DNA of 64,000 nt from Planctomycetota bacterium. Lineage in GTDB: Bacteria; Planctomycetota; UBA1135; UBA2386. The notes beneath the pieces were generated by a model that made no database searches, was not told the DNA's origin, and worked only from the letters and a program-made list of their open reading frames with translations. This document shows, in pieces, positions 56,036 to 64,000 of this stretch. Location of the stretch: positions 3,200,001 through 3,264,000 of the forward strand of contig JBKAGP010000001.1 of assembly GCA_046290465.1 (NCBI GenBank), written 5' to 3'. Numbering within the stretch: position 1 is the stretch's first letter; each line of letters opens with the position of its first letter. Position numbers and translations under genes: made by a program.

Positions 56036-56989
56036 ATGCCCACCGTGCGCCCAATCCTCGTTGCCATCGCGCTGCTCGCCGCCGCACCGACCGTCGCCAG
56101 CCAGGCGGGACCGCCGCCGCCGGTCGTCTGGCGGATCGGCTCCCAGCTCGACGAGTTGCTGTCCGGGTCGACCCCATGGGTGCCGATGCTCGGCCGCAGC
56201 ACGCTCAGCGTCGGTCGCTACCGCCTGCCGGCCGGCAGCCGCGACGGCCAGTCGCCGCACGACCGCGACGAGGTCTATTTCGTGGTCGCCGGCAAGGCGA
56301 AGTTCACCGCCGCCGGCGAGACCCGCGACCTGCGCGCCGGCGACACGGTGTTCGTGGCCGGCAAGGCGAAGCACCACTTCCACGACATCACCGAGGACCT
56401 CGACGTGCTGGTGTTCTTCAGCGACGCGGTCCCGACCACCGGCGGCATGATCGCCGGCCCGAAGCCGACCGAGCAGACGCCCTATCCGGAGACCAGCGCC
56501 CGCGGCTCGACGCGCATCTTCTACTGGTACGGCCCCGACTCGGCCGGCCAGGTCGCGATCGACCATGGCCGCCCCCGCTGGAACGGCCGCTACCAGCGGT
56601 TCCTCGATCAGCCGTCGAAGCGCCGCTGGCGGCTCGGCGAGAACTTCTGGACGACGCTCGACACCAACATGGCGCTGACCATCGGCGACACCGAAGTGCC
56701 GATCGGCGCGTACTACTGCGTGCTGCAGAACGACGCCAACGCAGGCCTCGAGCTGGTGCTGCTCGACCCCGACGAGGTGCGCCGCCGCCGCCTCGACGCC
56801 TACGAGGTGAGCAAGACCACGGGCGGCATCCGGATCGGTCTCGAGAAGGGCAAGGCCGCGGTGCCGGCGGGCCGGCTGGAGATCACGCTGGACGTGGACC
56901 GCGCCCATCGCGACACGGGCACGTTTCGGATCCGCTTCGGCGCGCACGAGATGTCGGCGGGACTGAAGATGCACCCCCATCGCAAGTAG
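56036..56989 (+). CDS. Secreted cupin + DUF2911-like domain fusion
   Basis: Signal peptide; cupin QSPHDRDEVYFV...HHFHDITEDL; second domain IDHGRP, WRLGENFWTTL, IPIGAY-type motif. Confidence 0.7.
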   Translation: MPTVRPILVAIALLAAAPTVASQAGPPPPVVWRIGSQLDELLSGSTPWVPMLGRSTLSVGRYRLPAGSRDGQSPHDRDEVYFVVAGKAKFTAAGETRDLRAGDTVFVAGKAKHHFHDITEDLDVLVFFSDAVPTTGGMIAGPKPTEQTPYPETSARGSTRIFYWYGPDSAGQVAIDHGRPRWNGRYQRFLDQPSKRRWRLGENFWTTLDTNMALTIGDTEVPIGAYYCVLQNDANAGLELVLLDPDEVRRRRLDAYEVSKTTGGIRIGLEKGKAAVPAGRLEITLDVDRAHRDTGTFRIRFGAHEMSAGLKMHPHRK

Positions 56990-57029
56990 GCGGGTTGCGG
57001 AGCCCGCGCGCGACCGCCAGCATGAAGGC

Positions 57030-59042
57030 GTGAGCCACCGCCGGATCGTCGCCCCGTTCGCCCCGCTGCTGCTGGCCTGCGCCGCAGCAGCGCAGTTCAC
57101 GCCCGAGGACCTGCTCGCCAAGGACTGGCAGCAGCGCAACGAAGCTGCGCGGGCGCTGGCGCAGCAGGCGCCCGACGTCAAGGCGCTGTGCCAGGTGCTC
57201 GAGACCGAGTGGGACGAGTGGCTGCCGACCTTCGGCCTCTACGGCGGCGGTGCCGGCGGTCGCTTCCCGCCGAAGGAGCCGCGCATGGTCACGCTGAAGA
57301 ACGTTCGCGACGGGCTGGTCCGTCGACAGCAGTCGCCGCTGACGTGGTACCACGGCGTCGAGAGCCTCGACGACCTGGTCTACCCCTGCCACCCGCACGA
57401 ACTCGTGCGGCTGATCCTGCAGCAGCATCCCGACACCCGCAACGACCGCGCGCCGATCCCGACCACGATCGAACGGGCCCGCGTCTGGCTGCAGCTGAAG
57501 CAGCCCGAGGACGAACTGGTCGAGAAGTGCTGCCTCGAGCAACGCACGTCCGAGTCCCTCGTCTGCGCGCTGTGGCTCGGCGGCGAGCAGACCCGCGACC
57601 AGCTGCGCCGGCTGCTCGTCGGCGACAACCAGGACCTTCGGCGTGCGGCGCTCGCTCTCGGCCAGACCGAACTGTTCGACGCACCGGCGCGCATCGACGT
57701 CGTGGTCCACCAGCTGTGCCACGGCGAGCGCACCGACGACTACAGCCACGCCGGCTACCTGCTGCGCCAGCTCGGCCGCGCGGCCGCCGCGCCGCTGGCG
57801 CGCGCGATCGGGGACGAGCGCATTCCGCGCAGCCGAGCCGTCGGCATCCTGGCGCTGCTGGGCGCGGACGCGGCGCCCGCTGCCGAAGCGCTGGCACGCG
57901 TCGCCAACGCCGACCGCATCACGCGGCGGCGCGCGCTGATCGCGCTGTCCGACCTCGAGATCCCCGCACCGCTGCGGAGCAAGGTCGCCCGGACCGCGTG
58001 GCAGGTGTTCGAAGAACGCGACTACGCCAGCAAGCTGCTGGCGCTCGACGCGCTCGGCAACTGCGGCGACGGCGTCGACGCAGAGCTGCGAACCAAGCTG
58101 CGTGCGGCGATCGCGAAGCCGCCGACCGGCGGCATCAAGGCGCGCCTGCTCGGCTGCGTGCGCGACCTCGGCATCGCCACCGACCTGACCACCGCGGAGA
58201 AGGCCTACATCGCGACGACGATCCACGCCAACACGTCGACCTACCTCGCGGTCGCCGACGACGGTGCGGACGCCGCGCCAGAACTCGCGCGCCTGCTGCT
58301 GGACCCGGCCGCGGGCATCGACTCCGAGGCGGTCGCCAGGCGGTTTGCGCAAACCGCGCCACACGCGCTGCGCAGCTGGCTCGACAAGCCCGAACCGAGG
58401 CTGCGCGTGCTGGCCCTGAAGGGTCTGCGCACGCTGGGGGACGCCGCCGGCGTTTCGAGCGAACGGCTGGTCGAGCTGATGGACACCCGCGCGTGGCTCG
58501 CCAACACCTGCGTCGCGTGGCTGCGCGAACGCCCGGACGCCACCGCGTTCGTACCGCAGGTGGTGGCCTTCTGCGAGCAGCTCGAGTCCGACCACCTCGC
58601 CGACGACTTCACGGCGTTCCTCACCGACGTCGGCCTGCCGTTCGCGCAGAAGCTGTCGCTGTACGAGCCGCTGCTGCGCCGCGGCATCGCCTGGCAGACG
58701 CTGCGACGCGACGAGCTGGACGCGAGTGACCGCGCGCTGCTGCGCAAGGAGGCCGAACGCCTGCTCGACGCCGCCGAAGGGACCGAGGTGCGCAACCGCC
58801 TGCTCTCGGTGCTGGTCCGGATCGGCGTGCAGCGCGAGCAGGACATCGAACTTGCAAGGCAGGTGCTGCGCAGCGACCGCAACTACCCGGTGATGTGGCA
58901 CCTCGACGACGCGCCCGAGCTACCAGGGGTGCTGCGGGCCGAGCTGCATCGCATCCTGTCGACGCCCGAGGACCAGGACGGCATGCCGTCCGCCGACGCG
59001 TGGTACGCGCGGGAGATCCTGCGCAAGCACGCTCAGCGCTGA
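57030..59042 (+). CDS. Secreted alpha-helical (HEAT-like) repeat protein
   Basis: Signal peptide; recurring RxxALxALG/LG.DAAPA motifs. Confidence 0.65.
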   Translation: MSHRRIVAPFAPLLLACAAAAQFTPEDLLAKDWQQRNEAARALAQQAPDVKALCQVLETEWDEWLPTFGLYGGGAGGRFPPKEPRMVTLKNVRDGLVRRQQSPLTWYHGVESLDDLVYPCHPHELVRLILQQHPDTRNDRAPIPTTIERARVWLQLKQPEDELVEKCCLEQRTSESLVCALWLGGEQTRDQLRRLLVGDNQDLRRAALALGQTELFDAPARIDVVVHQLCHGERTDDYSHAGYLLRQLGRAAAAPLARAIGDERIPRSRAVGILALLGADAAPAAEALARVANADRITRRRALIALSDLEIPAPLRSKVARTAWQVFEERDYASKLLALDALGNCGDGVDAELRTKLRAAIAKPPTGGIKARLLGCVRDLGIATDLTTAEKAYIATTIHANTSTYLAVADDGADAAPELARLLLDPAAGIDSEAVARRFAQTAPHALRSWLDKPEPRLRVLALKGLRTLGDAAGVSSERLVELMDTRAWLANTCVAWLRERPDATAFVPQVVAFCEQLESDHLADDFTAFLTDVGLPFAQKLSLYEPLLRRGIAWQTLRRDELDASDRALLRKEAERLLDAAEGTEVRNRLLSVLVRIGVQREQDIELARQVLRSDRNYPVMWHLDDAPELPGVLRAELHRILSTPEDQDGMPSADAWYAREILRKHAQR

Positions 59043-60838
59043 CCGCGGCGCGGCCCGGTCAGCACCGGCAGCTGCGCCTGCTTCAAGAACAGCAGGGCGA
59101 AGCAGACGTCGGTGTGGTTGGCCCCGCCGAACCCACCGCGCGAGTCTTGCAGCGCCATCAGCACCTCGGCGCCTTCGTAGTACCAGTCCCAATCGCCGAT
59201 CCACGCGACGCGCGACAGCTCACAGGCGCGCTCGAGGCTGTAGATCCAGTAGAACCATCGCTGGTTGCGCTGCGCGGGGTTGCGGCCGGCGTTGTAGCGG
59301 ATGCCGCGATGCTGCCAGAGGTAGGCGAAGCCGTCGCTGCGCGCCTGGTCGAGCTCCTTCGCCTCGGCGGCGGGCCGCTTGCCTGGTGGCGCCAGGTGCG
59401 ACAGGCAGATGGTCATGCTCGACACGCCACCGGCCGTCATGCTGCCGTACGGTTCGTCGGCAGGCGAGTTGTAGGTGAAGCCGCGAGCGCGCGACCTGGC
59501 AGCCGTGCGCATGAGCATGCGTGGATGCGGCTGCTTGCGCGCTTCGGCGTGCGACACGAGCGGCAGCCGGATCGACTTGTTGTCGTGGCCGGCATGCTGC
59601 GCGTCGAGGAAGTGCCGCGCCGCGGTGTGCCAGACACCGCGCGAGACCTCGACGCCGCACATCTCGGCCGCGTGCACGGCGAGCAACGCGAACTGCGTGT
59701 TGCTGTTGTCGTAGCCGACGCCTTCGTAGCCCCAGCGCGAGACGTAGGCGCTGTCGACGCGGCTGTCGCGATTGGCCAGCAGCCGCTCGGTCCACTGCTT
59801 CAGGATCGCGAGGTCCTCCGCGCTCGGCTGCCGTGCAATCGGCTGCTGGCGCGCGCCGGACAGCAGCGCCTCGCGTTCGCCCGCCGGCGCGTAGAGCTTC
59901 TCGAGCACGAGGATCGCCAGCGACAACGGATAGGTGCGGGTCAGTTCGGCGCGTCGCAGCTGGTTGAGACGCGCCCGCAGCACGGTGTCGGTCGGTCGAT
60001 ACTCGGCGTGCAGGAGCGCCAGCAGGCCGAGCGCGCGCTCCCCGTGCAGGCGGTTCTCGCGCAGCTCACGTCGATCGCTGTCTGCCAGTTGCTCGTGGAT
60101 GTTGGCAGCCGTCCGCTCGACCGCCTTGGCGACGCGCGCCTCGAACCCGGCGCCGCGGTTCTCGCGCAGCTCCTCGAGCTGCCAGTCGAGCTCGAACGTG
60201 AACACCCGATGCACGCCGTTGCCCTTGCCGCTCTCCTCGTCGCGACCTTCGCACTGCAGGTTGCCGGTGACCCGGACCGCCTCGATCGCGCCGCGCTCGC
60301 GGTCGACGCGGCGATCGACCACCACGGTGCCGTTCATCTGCCATCGGCACATCACCCGCTGGAAGTAGTCGAACAGACGATCCTCCCAATCCTGCTGGCG
60401 CACCGGCACGGTCGCGAGCTCGAGCTCGATGCGCTGCCAACCGTCCTCCCGAGGCGGCTCCGCGCGCCCGGTGACGCGCACGTCGCCAAACCCGGACACC
60501 CACGGGATGCGCCGCTTGATCGGCCCGCCGCGCAGCCGCGACCAGTCGAACGCAACGCTCAGGCCGATCCAGCGCACGTCGTTGGGCTCGACCCGCATGC
60601 GCATCTGCTTGTCGTCGAGGTCGCTGTGAAACAACAGCGGCACGTGCGGCGCGCGCGCCACCGGCAGTGCCTTGCGTTCGCGCGGCTTGCCGACGGTGTG
60701 GAAGTGCGCGCGCTCCTTCGCCCGGAAGACGGCACATCCACCCGGGGGGATCTGCCACTGGGCACGCACGGCGGCGGCAGACAGCAGCAGGACGCTGCAC
60801 AACGCAGTGGTGCGCGATCGGGACAGCAGAGCGGGCAT
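59033..60838 (-). CDS. Secreted protein with C-terminal prenyltransferase/squalene-cyclase-like alpha/alpha barrel
   Basis: TYPLSL, DNSNTQFALLA, GSMTAGG, YWIYSLERAC, DWYYEGAEVL..QDSRGGF, CFALLFL. Confidence 0.7.
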   Translation of the reverse strand: MPALLSRSRTTALCSVLLLSAAAVRAQWQIPPGGCAVFRAKERAHFHTVGKPRERKALPVARAPHVPLLFHSDLDDKQMRMRVEPNDVRWIGLSVAFDWSRLRGGPIKRRIPWVSGFGDVRVTGRAEPPREDGWQRIELELATVPVRQQDWEDRLFDYFQRVMCRWQMNGTVVVDRRVDRERGAIEAVRVTGNLQCEGRDEESGKGNGVHRVFTFELDWQLEELRENRGAGFEARVAKAVERTAANIHEQLADSDRRELRENRLHGERALGLLALLHAEYRPTDTVLRARLNQLRRAELTRTYPLSLAILVLEKLYAPAGEREALLSGARQQPIARQPSAEDLAILKQWTERLLANRDSRVDSAYVSRWGYEGVGYDNSNTQFALLAVHAAEMCGVEVSRGVWHTAARHFLDAQHAGHDNKSIRLPLVSHAEARKQPHPRMLMRTAARSRARGFTYNSPADEPYGSMTAGGVSSMTICLSHLAPPGKRPAAEAKELDQARSDGFAYLWQHRGIRYNAGRNPAQRNQRWFYWIYSLERACELSRVAWIGDWDWYYEGAEVLMALQDSRGGFGGANHTDVCFALLFLKQAQLPVLTGPRRGQR

Positions 60839-60950
60839 CGCGCCCCTCTTCGCAAGCGCAGTGCCAGACGACGTGCAACCCCGGTTCGACCGGCGCCGCG
60901 ATCTGGCGGATGGTCGCGATGCGGCCATCGCCCGAGGGTAGGCTCAGGCG

Positions 60951-61472
60951 ATGCACGCCCACCATCGCCTACGCGCGCCCGAGCCGACGATCGCTGCCTG
61001 GGCGGAGCACGTGCCCACCAGCGCGCGAGCGCTCGATGTGGCAGCCGGCGGCGGCCGCCACGCGCGGCTGTTCGCCGAGCGCGGCTGCGCGGTGACCGCC
61101 GTCGACCGCGACACCGAAGCGCTGCGTAAGCTCGACGCCGCGGGCATCGAGGTCGTCGAGGCGGACCTCGAGAACGACGCCTGGCCGTTCGGCGAACGCA
61201 CCTGGGACGCGGTGATCGTCGTCGACTACCTGTGGCGCCCCCTGCTGCCGCAGCTGGTGGCCGCTCTCGACGACGGCGGCCAGCTGCTCTACGAGACGTT
61301 CATGGTCGGCAACGAACGCCACGACCGGCCGCGCAACCCGGACTTCCTGCTGCGCGACGGCGAGCTGCGCGAACTCGCCGAGCGGCACGGGCTCGAGGTC
61401 CTGTCGTTCTCACAGGGTGAGGTCGGTGCGCCGGCCACCGCAGTGCGCCAGCGGATGCACGCGCGTCGGTGA
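60951..61472 (+). CDS. Class I SAM-dependent methyltransferase (TehB-like)
   Basis: ALDVAAGGGRHA, VTAVD, ADLE, YLWRPL, GGQLLYETF, PRNPDFLL. Confidence 0.88.
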   Translation: MHAHHRLRAPEPTIAAWAEHVPTSARALDVAAGGGRHARLFAERGCAVTAVDRDTEALRKLDAAGIEVVEADLENDAWPFGERTWDAVIVVDYLWRPLLPQLVAALDDGGQLLYETFMVGNERHDRPRNPDFLLRDGELRELAERHGLEVLSFSQGEVGAPATAVRQRMHARR

Positions 61473-61500
61473 GGGACGGCGACCGACCGTTCCACCAGCC

Positions 61501-62043
61501 CTACCGCGGCGCGTCTGGCGGCGGCGCGTCTGGCGGCAACCCGTCGCGCAGCGAACGCTCGTACCACGACACGTCGCGCCACGCCCCGAACTTGAAGCCG
61601 ATGCGGTGGTAGACGCCGATGGGCGCGAAGCCCATGCGTCGGTGGAACGCCACGCTCTTGTCGTTGGGCATCGTGATGCCGGCGACGGCGTTGCAGTAGC
61701 CGAGTTCGGCGAGTTGCTCGAACAACCGCTGGTAGAGGCGGGCACCGACGCCGCGACGTTGCGCCGTGTCGAGCACGTAGGCCGAGACCTCGACCGTGTA
61801 GCGGTAGGCCTCACGGGTGCGGTGCGTGACCCCGTAGGCGTAGCCGATCACCGCACCGTCGGCCTCGGCGACCAACCACTCGTGCCGCTGTTGCGCGTTC
61901 GCCACCCGCTGCGCGAACTCGTCGACCGACGGCGTCACCAGCTCGAACGACACGCAGGAGCGTTCGACGTGCGGGCGGTAGATCTCGACCATGGCGGCCG
62001 CGTCGTCGGCGCGCGCGGGGCGGATCAGCAGGTCCTCGGGCAT
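61501..62043 (-). CDS. GNAT N-acetyltransferase (phosphinothricin/ArsN-like)
   Basis: IRPA, SFE..P, GYAYG, RRGVGARLY, AGITMPNDKSVAFH, GFKFGAWRDV. Confidence 0.9.
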   Translation of the reverse strand: MPEDLLIRPARADDAAAMVEIYRPHVERSCVSFELVTPSVDEFAQRVANAQQRHEWLVAEADGAVIGYAYGVTHRTREAYRYTVEVSAYVLDTAQRRGVGARLYQRLFEQLAELGYCNAVAGITMPNDKSVAFHRRMGFAPIGVYHRIGFKFGAWRDVSWYERSLRDGLPPDAPPPDAPR

Positions 62044-62212
62044 TGCGCCACAGGCTAGCTGCGCCGCCGGATGGGCGCACCGGTCGTTGGGATGGGCTCT
62101 TGAGCTCCCCGCGCCTGGGATCTACGGGGCAAATGCGAGATGCTAACCGCCGGGAGGTGGGGCATCGGCCGGCACCTGCCAGCACACCCACCGGAGCACC
62201 AACGAGAGCGTC

Positions 62213-64000
62213 ATGAGCCCTGGCCGCATCATCTCGAACCTCGGCAACCCGTTTGCAGCCATGCTCGCCCTGCTCGGCATGGCCGCGGGTCAGTCGGCCC
62301 TGGATGCGGACCAGACCCGCTTCCCGCCGGGCCCACCGCTGGCGTCCAACGGCACCCACGTTCCGGTCATCACGACCCAGACCCGCAACGCTCGCTTCAT
62401 CACGTCAGACACGACCTGGGCCGCAGGCCGTGTCCACCGCGTCGAGAACCCCGGCGGCAATCGCTGCGACCTGGTCATCGACGCCGGCGCCGACCTTCGC
62501 CTCAAGGGGGCCCGCGTCGAGGTGCGCGGCGACGTCTACATCCGCGAGGGCGGGTCGCTGCACCTCGAGGACTGCGAGTTCCTGGTCTACAACAGCTTCA
62601 ACCGCGAGTTCAGCATCTACTTCGAAGGGGGTCGACTGGACAGCGAACGGAGCATCATCGGCGGCCGCCTCGATGCGCAGGGCAGAGGTCAGCTGTGCAA
62701 CATCTACCTCAACAACGGGGTCTGGACGGCGCGTGACACCACCTACGTGAACACCGGCGGGATCCTGGTGGGCCTGCTGGCCGACGACGGCAACGGCGGC
62801 ATCACCGGATTCCGCGGCGAGCCCAACCTCACGGGTGGCGAGCTGATCGCCGACGGCCTGTTCGGCGGGGCCAACAGCGATGCCGTGCACGTGTCCGGCT
62901 GGGGGGACGTGACGATGCGAAACTCGACGAGTTCGATCTCGCTCTACCTCTACGACAACGGCGTCAGCACGGTCGACCTGGACCTCGACAACCAGCAGCG
63001 CATCGTGCACGACGTCTACGGCGATCCGGCGCTGCACGACGCGACCTTCCGAGCCCCCATCAACCACCCGGTCCCGGGCGCGCCGTGGCGACTCGAACTC
63101 GAGAACCACCTCGCGCCCGACTGGCGGCTGCGGATTCTCGAGGTGCGCGACTCGAACGGCGGCAATCTCCGGCGGTTCCGCCTCGCCAATGCCGGGCAGG
63201 TCGTGATCGGAATCGGCGGACTGGGTCTGACACAGGCGCCGGTGCTCGTGGGTCCCTGGCGCAACTACTTCCCGCTGCCCCGCCCGCTGCCGGCACTCCC
63301 CACCGTGCGCCCCCCGGGCGAGAACGCGATCCCACCGGGCTGTGGTGTCCGGATCGGCAACGTGTTGATCGAAGCACCGACCAGCAGTCCGGCGACGTTG
63401 CGCGATTGGATCCACGTGATCAGCTGGGCGTTCAACCTGGACGAGAACTCCGACCTGACGATCCAGGGCAACATGCGGATCGCCGAGGTCATTCTGCAGG
63501 ACTCGCAGCTGTCGCTCAGCAGCGGGAACGGCTTCGACGCGGAGATGGTCGCCTCGTCGTTCAACGTGCTGACCGGACTGCAGTATCCGGGCTTTCCGAC
63601 AACGGCGGACCTGCGGATCTCGGACGCGATCATCGGGGAAACCGGCCTGCAGCCTCAGATCAACTCGTTCGGGCTGGGGACGGTCCTGCTCGAGCGCGTG
63701 CTCGCGCGAAGCCTCAACCTGAGGACCGGCCCGCAGAAGTTCGGCCCGCAACCGCCGCCGAACAACGCGCAGATCCTGGCACGGGAGCTGTGGGACGACG
63801 GGGCGACGACCAGCAACACGACGGCAGGCGGGTCGATCACCATCATGCGCCCGACCACGGCGCAGAACTACGACTTCCAGAACGCCGACTTCGAGGCCCC
63901 CGTGTCGGCTGGCGTACCGCACTATTGGGCGGGCGCCAACGTCGCGGGGTCGAGTTCGACTTCGGTACGCGGCCAGAGTGACGGCGTCACCAGCTACCGC
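62213..64000 (+). CDS. Large secreted beta-rich (beta-helix-like) protein; partial, runs off the window end
   Basis: Open frame from ATG 62213 to the end with no stop; hydrophobic N-terminus; ITSDTTWAAG, LVIDAGADLRL repeats. Confidence 0.7.
   Translation, partial: MSPGRIISNLGNPFAAMLALLGMAAGQSALDADQTRFPPGPPLASNGTHVPVITTQTRNARFITSDTTWAAGRVHRVENPGGNRCDLVIDAGADLRLKGARVEVRGDVYIREGGSLHLEDCEFLVYNSFNREFSIYFEGGRLDSERSIIGGRLDAQGRGQLCNIYLNNGVWTARDTTYVNTGGILVGLLADDGNGGITGFRGEPNLTGGELIADGLFGGANSDAVHVSGWGDVTMRNSTSSISLYLYDNGVSTVDLDLDNQQRIVHDVYGDPALHDATFRAPINHPVPGAPWRLELENHLAPDWRLRILEVRDSNGGNLRRFRLANAGQVVIGIGGLGLTQAPVLVGPWRNYFPLPRPLPALPTVRPPGENAIPPGCGVRIGNVLIEAPTSSPATLRDWIHVISWAFNLDENSDLTIQGNMRIAEVILQDSQLSLSSGNGFDAEMVASSFNVLTGLQYPGFPTTADLRISDAIIGETGLQPQINSFGLGTVLLERVLARSLNLRTGPQKFGPQPPPNNAQILARELWDDGATTSNTTAGGSITIMRPTTAQNYDFQNADFEAPVSAGVPHYWAGANVAGSSSTSVRGQSDGVTSYR

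Noticed and set aside
79..63922. Many long overlapping ORFs (e.g. 79-2346+, 488-3706-, 16869-19703+, 46952-49093-, 52776-55496+, 62405-63922-)
   Set aside because: These are Arg/Ala/Pro-rich shadow or antisense frames of real high-GC genes with no recognisable motifs.
1..64000. Genome-wide UGA recoding (translation table 4 or 25)
   Set aside because: Many genes end properly at TGA, often in ATGA/GTGA overlaps (hflK, ECF, alkA, RR). Internal TGAs occur only at UxxC sites.

Overview
A high-GC (about 70% by eye) bacterial chromosomal window, probably from a Planctomycetota genome. That placement is inferred from the ECF sigma factor/anti-sigma pair, VIT/vWA proteins, a prenyltransferase-like alpha-barrel protein and many secreted proteins. 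It holds about 50 CDSs and no rRNA, tRNA, CRISPR array or transposase that I can see. The main signal, which the ORF track misses, is four exported genes interrupted by an in-frame TGA at the first Cys position of a CxxC motif (UxxC). They are a thioredoxin-fold protein (6338-7234, WUGWC), a TlpA-like lipoprotein (19819-20349, HUGPC) and two paralogous heavy-metal-associated (HMA) lipoproteins (16712-16999, PULQC; 51029-51331, DUASC). Each TGA is followed by a SECIS-like hairpin with GU at loop positions 2-3, so these are very likely selenoproteins. Other points of interest are a Clp N-domain-PepE fusion, an HcrCAB-like molybdenum enzyme with the catalytic Glu replaced by Gln, a large protein of about eight degenerate STAS-like repeats, and a two-module collagen-like surface protein with a lower-GC C-terminal domain. 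Several unrelated secreted proteins share a candidate C-terminal sorting domain, and many genes have TAnnnT -10 boxes 6-9 nt before the start codon, suggesting leaderless transcription. Two genes carry frameshifts that may be assembly errors. All family assignments come from motif recognition by eye; no searches were run.
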